This document shows positions 1-8,942 of a stretch of DNA of 64,000 nt, piece after piece (position 1 is the stretch's first letter; each line of letters begins with the position of its first letter). The notes under the pieces were generated by a model, which did no database searches, had not been told where the DNA came from, and saw only the letters and a program-made list of their open reading frames with translations. A program made the translations under genes and the position numbers. The DNA is from an uncultured Alphaproteobacteria bacterium (lineage in GTDB: Bacteria > Pseudomonadota > Alphaproteobacteria > Rhizobiales > Hyphomicrobiaceae). The DNA is taken from NCBI GenBank assembly GCA_963831185.1, contig CAWHPE010000008.1, forward strand, positions 13,642 through 77,641. The letters are read 5' to 3'.

Positions 1-279
1 GTCGCCGCCGTCCGTCACTTCGCCGACAGCGTAGCCGATGGCTGGGCCGGCAATCGCAAAGCCTATGTCTCGCGCGTCTGGCGCGCACTCGCCGACCGAT
101 ATCCGGGCTGGCAACTGAGCGAAATTGAGTTCAAAGGCATGCTCGCCGAGGCGCATCGCGCAGGCGTGTTGTTGCTCGCCAACGCAGACCTGAAAGACGG
201 CACCTCTATCGCTGACGTTCAGGCCAGCGCGATCGTTTATAAAAACACAATCTTCCACTATGTCCGCGTCGACGATTGA
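1..279 (+). CDS. 3' end of a 5'-truncated ORF (93 codons in window), unknown function; probably co-transcribed with the following giant ATPase
   Basis: Frame 1 is open from nt 1 to TGA at 277-279 (..FKGMLAEAHRAGVLLLANADL..FHYVRVDD*). There is a 66-nt gap to the next same-strand gene. I recognise no named motif. Confidence 0.5.
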   Translation, partial: VAAVRHFADSVADGWAGNRKAYVSRVWRALADRYPGWQLSEIEFKGMLAEAHRAGVLLLANADLKDGTSIADVQASAIVYKNTIFHYVRVDD

Positions 280-345
280 CGCGGACGCGACACTCGAGCC
301 GCCCGACGACGACACGCCGCTGTACGACATTTGAGCTAGGACCCC

Positions 346-3300
346 ATGGGCATGCAATTTCAGAACAAAAATCCCGGCGGCGGTAACGCAAGCTCCGGCG
401 ACGGCAGCGGCCTCGATCGCGTCTCGCTCGCATTTGAGCACTCGATCACCTGGGAAGACGATATTTGGAACGCCGATCCCGTCGACGTGGAACTGGTTCA
501 TGCGAAGGCGCGTCACAAGTTTGCCGACGTGCTCGAAGCTGTCGCCGGCGGCAATGGGAAATCGGCCGCCACACAAGCGCGCATTCTCTTGTTCCACGGC
601 CAATCAGGTGCCGGTAAAACCCATCTTGTCCGCGCACTCCGCACCTCTGCTCATCGCCAAGGCAAAGCGTATTTCGGCTACGCTCAAATGACACCGGATG
701 TCGGCAACTACGCCGACTACTTCCTTCGCCGCCTCATCAATGCTCTCGACAAGCCTTACGACCCCGACAAGGGTGGTGAAAGCGCATTGCAGCGTCTGAC
801 CCGAAATTTGGTTTCCGACCCCGAAGTTCTCGATCCCGCCGCCCTCGAAAATCTCCGTGAGGCTGATCTCGATGAAAAGGCACTCGCACGCCTGATTCTC
901 GATCTAGCCGATACCGTGGTTTCGAGCGCGAAATTCGCCGATCAGGAACTCGACATCAACATCGTACGCGCTCTGCTCTACATGCAGCGCAACGACCCCC
1001 GCATTGATCAGCGCATCCGCACCTACCTCTATGGCCGCGAACTGACCGGCATGTCGCACGAGGCGGTTGCCGCACTGGACCCGAACAAGGGCGACGGTCG
1101 CGCGTTCGAGATTATCGAAAGTCTCGGCAAGCTTATGTGGACGGTCGATCACGCGGCGTTTGTTTTCGCCATCGATCAGGTCGAAGATCTGCGCTTCTTC
1201 TCCGACTATCAGGAGCGTTTCCAGAAGGCGGTCCGCGATCTCATTCAGATTGCGAACCGTCTGCCGTCGTCGATCGTCATCATCTCGGTCTTGGGCGACT
1301 TTTACGACAAGGTTCGCGAAGTACTTGCACAGTCCTATATCGATCGCATTGAAAAGGCAGGACCGGTCCAACTGGTCGAAACGCGTTCGGCCGATGAAGC
1401 GCGCCTGATCATTGAACGCCGCCTGCAGCATGCGGCAGCATCAGGACTTGAGATCGGTTCGACTGATCCACTCGCGCATTTCGGTCCCGGCTTTTTTGAA
1501 GAGTTCAGCGGTCTCTCGACACGGCGTCTGCTTGAATTGGCTCAGGCCCGCTGCCGGGATCGTGACCGCACCTCCGCTGTCGAAACAGCCGACACGCCGG
1601 GATTCCTCAACGCGCTCGTGCAGGCACTGGGCGGCAGCTTTGGTGCCGCCGCCCCAGCACCGAAGGTTCAGGAAACAAGCGACACCGGCGCCGACTTCCG
1701 CGAACTTTGGGAGCGCTTCTCGTCCGACAGCCAGGTCGAAATCCCACAAGACGACCACGGCATGTTGACGGTGCTCCAATCGGCACTGCAGTTGGCGCGC
1801 GATGAATGGGGTGGCACGCTCGATATTTCGATCGAGAAGCTCGCAATCGCCGACGATTTGCCCGCGATTGACATGAACCTCAAGCATCGCTCTGGCTTTG
1901 CTGCTGACAGCCGCATTTTCCTCTGCAACCGCCCGATTCAAGGCGGCGCATTCAAGCGGCAGCTCGATCGTGCGCTCGGCTCGATGAGTACCAAGAGCTG
2001 TTTCATGCTCCGTGCCAGCGATTACCCGCCCAACACCAAGAGCCAAACTGCGCAAGCGTTTCGCCGCTTCCGCGAGTTGGGTGGCCGCGCACTGCTGATC
2101 CCGCTTGCTGAGTGGGAGCGCATCATTACGGTGCGTGATTTCCACGCACAGCATCTGTCGCTTCCGGGTTTCACCGCCTGGTTCGAGCAGGCCAAGCTTC
2201 TCTCCGGGCTCGTGGCTATCGTCCAACTGCTGCGGCTTGATCTGCTCAATCGCAATCTCGCCAAGGTCGATGGTGCATCGAAAGCCAATATGGCCGCCGT
2301 GGTCGCCGCTGCCTCCGATGCCTTCAAAGGTGCGGCCGTCGGGTCCGGTCCCTTGCCGACCATTGGCGCACCAGCGTTGCCGCCAGCACCACCCGCTATG
2401 GGGTTGCCGCCCGCAGCCAGCATGAGCTACGTGCCGACGCCAGCCGCCGATTGGACGGGTTGGGCGCCGACGCCGATTGAGGGCCAACCGCCGCAACCGA
2501 AGGCAGACGGTGAGAAGGAAGACGACCTGCCACTCGCCGTTATCCTCGATGAGAACGGCGCGGATCACGGCAGCATTCTTGCCGGCACCATGTTGAAGAC
2601 AAAGAAAGCCGTCACGCTGAACAAGAACGTGCTGAAACGCCACGCGGCCGTGCTCGGTGGCTCCGGTTCGGGTAAGACGACACTCGCCTTGTGCCTGATC
2701 GAACAGGTGCTGCAGCGCGGCATCCCGGCAATTCTCATCGATCGTAAAGGCGATCTCTGCTCCTACGCCAACCCCGATGTCTGGCGCGCTATTGATGGCG
2801 ACTATTCGGATCGCCGCGGTGAGCGCGAAAAGCTTGCGGATCAGATCGACGTTGCCGTCTACACACCGGGCCGCTCGTCCGGCCGGCCCATCTCGATTAC
2901 GCTGCTGCCGACCGGCATCAAGGAGTTGCCCGAGCACGAACAAACACTGTTGGCGAACCTTTCATCGGCAGCGCTCGGCGACATGTTGCATCTGAAAAAT
3001 TCGGCCACCCATCAGAAGCAGTCCGGCACCCTGTCGGTCGCGCTTAAACTGCTAGGTCAACGTTTCTCGACGCAGGTCATGTTGGCTGACCTCATTCATC
3101 TACTTGAAGAAGATGACCCCGAGCTCGCCGAAGCCACACAACGTATGGACCCATCAGGCAAGTTGCGTCGCGATCTAGTGGCTCAGCTCGACAGCTTGCG
3201 GCATCGCAATGCCTCGCTCTTCGAGGCCGGTGGCGAAACGTTGAATATGGAGCGCCTGCTTGGTCTCGGCCCATATCGCCGGACCGACGGACGTACCCGC

Positions 3301-3852
3301 TTGTCGATCATTTACACCGGCTTCCTCGGCGACAACGAGAACATCTTGTTCTGGGTGGCGCAGTTCCTCTCGGAGGCGCTTCGTTTCTGCCAGCGCAATC
3401 CAAACGACGAACTGCAATCGATCTTGATGCTGGACGAGGCGGATCTCTACATCCCTGCGACGGCCAAGCCCGCCACTGCAGAGCCACTTCAAAGCCTTTT
3501 GAAGCGCGCGCGGTCTGCTGGCCTCGGCATTATGCTGGCGACCCAATCGCCAGGCGATCTCGACTATAAGAGCCGCGATCAGATCACCAGTTGGTTTATC
3601 GGTCGCGTTCGCGAAGACACGGCACTCAAGAAACTAAAGGCAGCCTTCCAGTCCGATAGCGGCCTCGACGCCGCGTCCGTTCTGCCCGGTCAGACAGTCG
3701 GTGAATTCCATCTCGTCCAGGAAGGATTGGTACGCGCCATGAAGGCTCATCGCTCGCTCATTCAAGCTGAGCAGGTGCCGTTTGACCGCATCGAGCAACT
3801 CGCGCGCGAAACCAAAGGACAGGATGAACGCCAATTGCGACTTTTCGGCTGA
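346..3852 (+). CDS. Giant (1168 aa) two-P-loop NTPase: N-terminal AAA-type ATPase domain, Pro/Ala-rich linker, C-terminal HerA/FtsK-like (DUF87/DUF853-type) ATPase domain
   Basis: Uninterrupted 3507-nt ORF. N-terminal P-loop: Walker A GQSGAGKTH (nt 598-624) and Walker B-like FVFAIDQVED. Linker: PALPPAPPAMGLPPAA..PPQPK. C-terminal P-loop: Walker A GGSGSGKTT (nt 2656-2682) followed by IPAILIDRKGDL, Walker B ILMLDEADLY (nt 3421-3450) and MLATQSPGDLD. Confidence 0.85.
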   Translation: MGMQFQNKNPGGGNASSGDGSGLDRVSLAFEHSITWEDDIWNADPVDVELVHAKARHKFADVLEAVAGGNGKSAATQARILLFHGQSGAGKTHLVRALRTSAHRQGKAYFGYAQMTPDVGNYADYFLRRLINALDKPYDPDKGGESALQRLTRNLVSDPEVLDPAALENLREADLDEKALARLILDLADTVVSSAKFADQELDINIVRALLYMQRNDPRIDQRIRTYLYGRELTGMSHEAVAALDPNKGDGRAFEIIESLGKLMWTVDHAAFVFAIDQVEDLRFFSDYQERFQKAVRDLIQIANRLPSSIVIISVLGDFYDKVREVLAQSYIDRIEKAGPVQLVETRSADEARLIIERRLQHAAASGLEIGSTDPLAHFGPGFFEEFSGLSTRRLLELAQARCRDRDRTSAVETADTPGFLNALVQALGGSFGAAAPAPKVQETSDTGADFRELWERFSSDSQVEIPQDDHGMLTVLQSALQLARDEWGGTLDISIEKLAIADDLPAIDMNLKHRSGFAADSRIFLCNRPIQGGAFKRQLDRALGSMSTKSCFMLRASDYPPNTKSQTAQAFRRFRELGGRALLIPLAEWERIITVRDFHAQHLSLPGFTAWFEQAKLLSGLVAIVQLLRLDLLNRNLAKVDGASKANMAAVVAAASDAFKGAAVGSGPLPTIGAPALPPAPPAMGLPPAASMSYVPTPAADWTGWAPTPIEGQPPQPKADGEKEDDLPLAVILDENGADHGSILAGTMLKTKKAVTLNKNVLKRHAAVLGGSGSGKTTLALCLIEQVLQRGIPAILIDRKGDLCSYANPDVWRAIDGDYSDRRGEREKLADQIDVAVYTPGRSSGRPISITLLPTGIKELPEHEQTLLANLSSAALGDMLHLKNSATHQKQSGTLSVALKLLGQRFSTQVMLADLIHLLEEDDPELAEATQRMDPSGKLRRDLVAQLDSLRHRNASLFEAGGETLNMERLLGLGPYRRTDGRTRLSIIYTGFLGDNENILFWVAQFLSEALRFCQRNPNDELQSILMLDEADLYIPATAKPATAEPLQSLLKRARSAGLGIMLATQSPGDLDYKSRDQITSWFIGRVREDTALKKLKAAFQSDSGLDAASVLPGQTVGEFHLVQEGLVRAMKAHRSLIQAEQVPFDRIEQLARETKGQDERQLRLFG

Positions 3853-3932
3853 GTGCGGAGTAACGAGCGTGCTCATTCGAAGCACGGCAACTGCTGATTG
3901 AACAGCGGCGCGTTTGAGCCTATAAGTGAGCG

Positions 3933-3958
3933 AAGACAGGGCTATTTTGCCTGTCTTT
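3933..3958 (+). terminator. Possible weak intrinsic terminator after the giant ATPase gene
   Basis: 8-bp stem aagacagg/cctgtctt with a 9-nt loop, followed by only a short T-containing tract (ttgctgcagttt). Confidence 0.3.
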
Positions 3959-4051
3959 GCTGCAGTTTGACGCCATATCCCTGTTGCTTTTCCGTTTCGA
4001 TTAGAACTATTGATAGTGTTATTACAAATCATTGATATTAGAGATCACACA

Positions 4052-5020
4052 ATGCGCGGCTTGAATCCCGATCAATTACGGGCATTTCTTGAGGTCGTTG
4101 AAACGGGCAGCTTTACAGCTGCGGCGCGGCGACTGAATTTGTCCCAACCAGCCGTTAGCCTTCAAATTCGCGAGCTTGAGGCACGCTGCAGTGTCGTTCT
4201 CTTGGATCGGCAAGGACGCCGGCCGAGTCCAACGGTCGCCGGCCGCCAACTCATGATCCACGCGCGCCGCATCATCACTGAGAACGAGGAAGCCCTGGTC
4301 GCAATGCAGCGCCTGAAATCGTCAGCGCTCGGCACTGTTCGGTTGGGCATGACGACGCCGACACTGACCTATTTGGCACGTCCCGCGATCCGCAGGATAC
4401 GGACGGACCATCCAAAAATTGACTTGGCCATGACGTTGGCGCCGTCCACGCGCTTGGCTGAAGCTCTACGTGACAACCTGCTCGATCTCGCGCTTGTGAC
4501 TTTGCCGGTTGATGAAACCAATCTCACCGTCGAGCCGATTTTCAGCGAAGAAGTGATGTGCTTATTGCCGGAGAAGCCAAAATCCGTGCCCGTCACGCCG
4601 GCGATGGTGTCGGGTTATCCCTTCTACGTCCAAGGCAAGCCTGACGTACAAATGACACTGGCTGTGGAATGGTTCAGAGAGGCTGGCTTTACGCCACGCG
4701 CTTGGATCGAACTCGAGGGGCTCGATGCCTGCAGAGCAGCTGCTGCTGCGGGGCTTGGAGCAACCATCTTGCCGGCCTCCATGCTCAAGGGGACCGGTTT
4801 CGAAGCAACTCCGATTGATCCGCCGATTACGCGGCATATGGCGCTTGTTAGCCGCGCAGATCAACCTGCAACCGATACCATCCGCAAAGTCATGGCCGCA
4901 CTGAGAAGGGGCTTCGTGGAATTGCAACAGCAGTTCGGTGCTGACGCCTCAACCGCGGCGGCTGTGACTCACGTAACCTCCGAAGCGGAAGCACGGTCCG
5001 CCTCGAGCCGCCAACGTTGA
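4052..5020 (+). CDS. LysR-family transcriptional regulator
   Basis: N-terminal wHTH FTAAARRLNLSQPAVSLQIRELE plus a LysR substrate-binding-type C-terminus. ATG 4052 (MRGLNPDQLRAF) is preferred over the ORF-track start at 4010. Confidence 0.85.
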   Translation: MRGLNPDQLRAFLEVVETGSFTAAARRLNLSQPAVSLQIRELEARCSVVLLDRQGRRPSPTVAGRQLMIHARRIITENEEALVAMQRLKSSALGTVRLGMTTPTLTYLARPAIRRIRTDHPKIDLAMTLAPSTRLAEALRDNLLDLALVTLPVDETNLTVEPIFSEEVMCLLPEKPKSVPVTPAMVSGYPFYVQGKPDVQMTLAVEWFREAGFTPRAWIELEGLDACRAAAAAGLGATILPASMLKGTGFEATPIDPPITRHMALVSRADQPATDTIRKVMAALRRGFVELQQQFGADASTAAAVTHVTSEAEARSASSRQR

Positions 5021-5038
5021 TCCGGTTCGTCCAACAAA

Positions 5039-6337
5039 TCACCGGCCGGAAAAAGTCGACTGCCAATGATCGGTCAATGGCTTGATCAGATAGCTGAGCA
5101 GGGTCCGCGTGTCGGTCTTGAAGAACGTGTCCGCAGGCATGCCCGGTACAAGTTTTGCGCCGTTGAGCTTGCTCAGTTCGCTGTCCGGAACACGAACGCC
5201 AACGGTGTAATAATACGCTCCCGTCTGCGCATCCCGAATGACGTCGCCGCTGATGCGGAAGACCTGCGCATTAAGTTCAGGTGTCGTTCTTTGATTGAAC
5301 GAGCTAAAGCGCACGCGCGTGGGCTGCTCAAATTTAATCTGATCGCGATCCTGCGGTTGCAGCCGAGCCTCAACGATCAGTTGATCCGAGTCCGGAACGA
5401 TCAGCATCATTGGTTCTGTCGGATTGATCACGCCGCCAATAGTGTGGACCTGCAGTTGCTGAACGGTGCCGTTGATTGGCGCTGTGATATCGACGCGTCG
5501 AAGCTGATCTTCCGCAGCGAGTTGCTTTTCCGTGAGTTCTGAGATTTTCGTTTCTGTGTCGCGCAGTTCCTTGCTGACCTCTGAAAGCGTGTCGCGGCCA
5601 ACTTGGGAAATCTGCAGTTCTGTTTCGGCAATCTTACCATTCGCTGACGCTATTCGCGCCAGCACGTCGCCAAGCACGCCTTCATTGCGCGCAATCTCGC
5701 GTTCGAGAGCTGTGATACGTGGCCGCTGTACGAGGCCCTTCGCTTGAAGTCCTTTGAGGTCCGCAAGTTCGACACGAGCGACACGTAGCTGTTCGTCAAC
5801 GGATCGCTTTTGCGTCGCCAAGCCTTCGATTTCCTGCCGCAATTGCCCAACGCGTTCCCTGAGTTGCTCCCGTTGACCTTCGCGGCTCTTGAGACGGCTA
5901 TCGAATAGTTTGAGTTCGCTTTCGAGTGCCGATTTTATCGTGAGCGAGAACACAGCTTTATTGGCTAACGCATCAGGGAATGTGACGCTGGCTGCTCCAT
6001 CGCGCTCGGCGTGCAGCCGCGCCTGCCGGGCCAGTGCGGTCACGAGATCATTGACGATAATTGCAAGATTGGCACGTGTCGCTGTGTCATCAAGTTTGAC
6101 CAGCAATTCACCCTCTTTGACGCGCTGCCCCTCGTGCACCCGTATTTGTCCAACAATGCCGCCGGATTGATGCTGCACTTTTTTCACGTTGTTTTCGAGC
6201 GCAACTAGTCCTGACGCGGTCACCGCCCCCTCCAAGGGCATCAATGCGCTCCACGCAAAGAAGCCACATCCAAATATCAGGCTCGTCGCGAGTGCGCGCG
6301 TCGTTTGGGTCTTTATGCGATCGGTCGTATCGAGCAT
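5039..6337 (-). CDS. HlyD-family type I secretion periplasmic adaptor (membrane fusion protein)
   Basis: N-terminal TM segment, long coiled-coil middle, and C-terminal APINGTVQQLQVHTIGGVINPTEPMMLIVP motif. Its start overlaps the stop of the upstream ABC gene (TAATG at 6335-6339). Confidence 0.85.
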   Translation of the reverse strand: MLDTTDRIKTQTTRALATSLIFGCGFFAWSALMPLEGAVTASGLVALENNVKKVQHQSGGIVGQIRVHEGQRVKEGELLVKLDDTATRANLAIIVNDLVTALARQARLHAERDGAASVTFPDALANKAVFSLTIKSALESELKLFDSRLKSREGQREQLRERVGQLRQEIEGLATQKRSVDEQLRVARVELADLKGLQAKGLVQRPRITALEREIARNEGVLGDVLARIASANGKIAETELQISQVGRDTLSEVSKELRDTETKISELTEKQLAAEDQLRRVDITAPINGTVQQLQVHTIGGVINPTEPMMLIVPDSDQLIVEARLQPQDRDQIKFEQPTRVRFSSFNQRTTPELNAQVFRISGDVIRDAQTGAYYYTVGVRVPDSELSKLNGAKLVPGMPADTFFKTDTRTLLSYLIKPLTDHWQSTFSGR

Positions 6338-8295
6338 TAGAGCTTCGTCCCTGGCCCGCGATTTTGCACCACGACGCGTGGTCCTTCGAGCTTCCAGCGC
6401 TCGGGGGCAGGTGCCCCTACTTCCTGTGCGCGTGCCGGCACGGCACCTCTGGTGTCGTCATTCGAAGATCCCGCTGCATTCAAGTGCGCAGACGTGACAG
6501 CATGGCGTGGCGCTGAGCTTTGTGGCTGCGTCGGCGCAATAGGCTTCGAAGCCGCGCGAGGCTTCTTAAGCCCAACCTTCTCGAGAACGACGTCGCGATC
6601 ATCAAAAGCGCGTTGCGCGCCGGTCTTGTCGAGCAACAATATTTTGTCGGCGGTCTCAAGTACTCTGAAGTTATGAGCGATGACGATGGCAATGCCGCCC
6701 CGGGCCTTGATCCCGTGCAATGCCTGCGCCAGAGCCTGCTCACCTTCCAAATCCAAGTTCGAATTGGGTTCGTCGAGAACGACAAGGAAAGGATCACCAT
6801 AGAGAGCGCGTGCCAAGCCAATGCGCTGGCGCTGTCCACCTGAAAGCTGCATGCCGCCAAGGCCGATCACCCGGTCATATCCGCCAATGGCAAGCACATC
6901 ATCATGAAGTCCGGCGGCACGGGCGGCGGCCATAATTTTCTGGTCCGTTGCGTCCTCCTGGAAGCGCGCGATGTTCTGCCCAATAGTGCCATCAAACAAT
7001 TGTACGTCTTGCGGTAGATACCCGATGAATTTTCCAAGTCGATCCTGTGCCCACTGATCCAGTGGAGCGCCGTCGATTTTAACGGTACCTTGCCTGGGCC
7101 GCCAAAGTCCAACCAGTGTCCGGCCGAGTGTCGATTTTCCCGAAGCCGACGGACCAATGACACCGAGGACTTGGCCCTTCTCGAGGTGGAAGCGGACGCC
7201 ATTGAGCACAACGCGTTCCATAGCCTGCCCGGCGGCCCGCTCTGCCGCGTAGACAGGGACGGTCACCGTCAAGTCCTGCGCAACCAAGTTGTCCTTTGGC
7301 GCATCGAGTTCGTGCACGTCTGACGCCGCACGCGTCCGAACCAGCAGAGCGTTGAGCGCCGTATACGCCTCTCGTGCCGAGACGAAGGGCTTCCAACTTG
7401 CAATCGCTTGATCGATAGGCGCCAAAGCTCGCGCCGACAAAATCGATGCGGCGATAATCGCACCAGGCGAGATCAGTCCACGGATCGCAAGAAAGGCGCC
7501 GAGCCCGAGGATGATCGATTGAAACACCATCCGCGACGTGCGTGCCGCGACAGTGTAGCCACCAATCGTAAAATTGGCCGTGCGCTGCGCGTCCAGAAAT
7601 CGCTCATGCAAATGCGTCCACCGTGCCAGCAGTGCGCCGCGCATACCATTCGCGATCGCTGCCTCTGCATTGCGCAAAGTCGCTTCCGCATCCAAGGTTC
7701 GCCGGCCATAGGCCTCCTGCGCCGCGCGCGAAGGCGTTGCCCCATTGCGCTCCGTTAAATACGTGAGACCAACCAGCAGCAGCGTTGCGACAACAAGCGT
7801 GGCCGCCAAGCTCCAGTGCAAGATAAAGGTGGTTACGAGATAAATCGGTAACCACGGTAGATCAAAAGCCGCGAGCGGTCCTGGCCCAGAGATGAAAGCA
7901 CGAATGGATTCGACGTGTCGCGCGTTGCGCTGTGCGTCCTGAAGACCTGTCGAAGAGCGCACCGCTTGCGCAAGGTTGGCAGCAGCGACTTTCGGACCGA
8001 TTTCGGCATCGAACTTTTCGCTCATCAGCGCGAGGATGCGTGTCCGCATGGTTTCAAGCACGCCCTGCAGCCCATAGGCAAACAGTGCGATAGCCGAAAG
8101 GCCGAGCAGTGTCGTGACGCTTTGGCTGCCGAGGACGCGGTCATAGACCTGCATCATGAAGAGAGAGCCGGTCAACGTGAGCAGATTGATTAGGCCGCTC
8201 ACTAACACAAGCGTCGCACGCGTCCGCCTGTCCGGGCGCACGGCGTCTTTGACGGGCGTAAGCGAAAGCTGGGCGGCCCCTCTTTCGGTACTCAT
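6337..8295 (-). CDS. Type I secretion system permease/ATPase (PrtD-type ABC exporter, no C39 peptidase domain)
   Basis: TMD plus NBD: Walker A GPSASGKST, signature LSGGQRQRIGLARA, Walker B LVVLDEPNSNLD. ATG at 8295 is preceded by GGAGGAG. About 75 aa of low-complexity tail follow the NBD. Confidence 0.85.
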   Translation of the reverse strand: MSTERGAAQLSLTPVKDAVRPDRRTRATLVLVSGLINLLTLTGSLFMMQVYDRVLGSQSVTTLLGLSAIALFAYGLQGVLETMRTRILALMSEKFDAEIGPKVAAANLAQAVRSSTGLQDAQRNARHVESIRAFISGPGPLAAFDLPWLPIYLVTTFILHWSLAATLVVATLLLVGLTYLTERNGATPSRAAQEAYGRRTLDAEATLRNAEAAIANGMRGALLARWTHLHERFLDAQRTANFTIGGYTVAARTSRMVFQSIILGLGAFLAIRGLISPGAIIAASILSARALAPIDQAIASWKPFVSAREAYTALNALLVRTRAASDVHELDAPKDNLVAQDLTVTVPVYAAERAAGQAMERVVLNGVRFHLEKGQVLGVIGPSASGKSTLGRTLVGLWRPRQGTVKIDGAPLDQWAQDRLGKFIGYLPQDVQLFDGTIGQNIARFQEDATDQKIMAAARAAGLHDDVLAIGGYDRVIGLGGMQLSGGQRQRIGLARALYGDPFLVVLDEPNSNLDLEGEQALAQALHGIKARGGIAIVIAHNFRVLETADKILLLDKTGAQRAFDDRDVVLEKVGLKKPRAASKPIAPTQPQSSAPRHAVTSAHLNAAGSSNDDTRGAVPARAQEVGAPAPERWKLEGPRVVVQNRGPGTKL

Positions 8296-8624
8296 GCAGG
8301 CTCCTCCGCGCCGAGCTGGAATATGCGAACTCGGTTTTATCACTGCAAAACCATGGACAGTGAGGTGTCGTCAGCATTGGCACTGCAAACGTCGAATTTG
8401 TGCCTGCCGGTGGGGCGCCGTTACAACCCCTTCACTGTCATAGGTTTTCCGGCTCACCATGCGGTGAATGAATAAAATTAAAGCAAAGATCCGAAGTCAA
8501 ATTTAACCACGCGGACTAAATTTCGCTAACAAAACACTAACGAGACCGGCAGAAATTAGAAATTTAATCGCCAGACGCACGAAACGGCAGGACCGTCGCT
8601 GACATCCATTCGGCAGCAAACTGG

Positions 8625-8942
8625 TCAGTTAGCATAAATGTTGACCCGGCGCTTCCTGCGCCCCAACAGCCCGAACAGAGCACCGAGTGCCACGCAAAGA
8701 AACGATGTCGGAAGCGCCAAGACCCGAACAAACCCAGGATCCCAAATGTAGGGGTGCAAATACCGTTGAATAAAACTTGCAAAAGCCGCGAGTGATTGCG
8801 GCGCGGTCGACTTCCAAAATGCGATCAGCGAAGTAAGCTGAAGGCCGCCGCCTGTCGCATACCGGGTCATATCAGCGACCAGAGCAATAACGGCAAACAG
8901 GAAGAAAAGTCCGGCGATCCATCTGGACAGAGCCATAAACAT
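8625..8942 (-). CDS. Small hypothetical membrane protein (about 3 TM helices)
   Basis: 105-codon ORF with hydrophobic helices (WIAGLFFLFAVIALVA; LALPTSFLCVALGALFGLL). Its 5' end overlaps the annotated tail of mepA by 76 nt. Confidence 0.6.
   Translation of the reverse strand: MFMALSRWIAGLFFLFAVIALVADMTRYATGGGLQLTSLIAFWKSTAPQSLAAFASFIQRYLHPYIWDPGFVRVLALPTSFLCVALGALFGLLGRRKRRVNIYAN

Noticed and set aside
1441-2943. 500-codon ORF antisense to the giant ATPase gene
   Set aside because: Its translation is Arg/Cys/Trp-rich with no motifs, while the plus strand carries clear Walker motifs in a continuous 1168-codon frame. This is a typical shadow ORF of a GC-rich gene.
346-3852. Identification of the giant ATPase as BREX BrxC/PglY or Dnd-associated DptH
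   Set aside because: The size and N-terminal P-loop are reminiscent of those proteins. However, no pglX/pglZ/brxL or dptF/dptG-like genes follow it; the next genes are LysR and a T1SS. The upstream side is outside the window, so this cannot be excluded and is left as a check.
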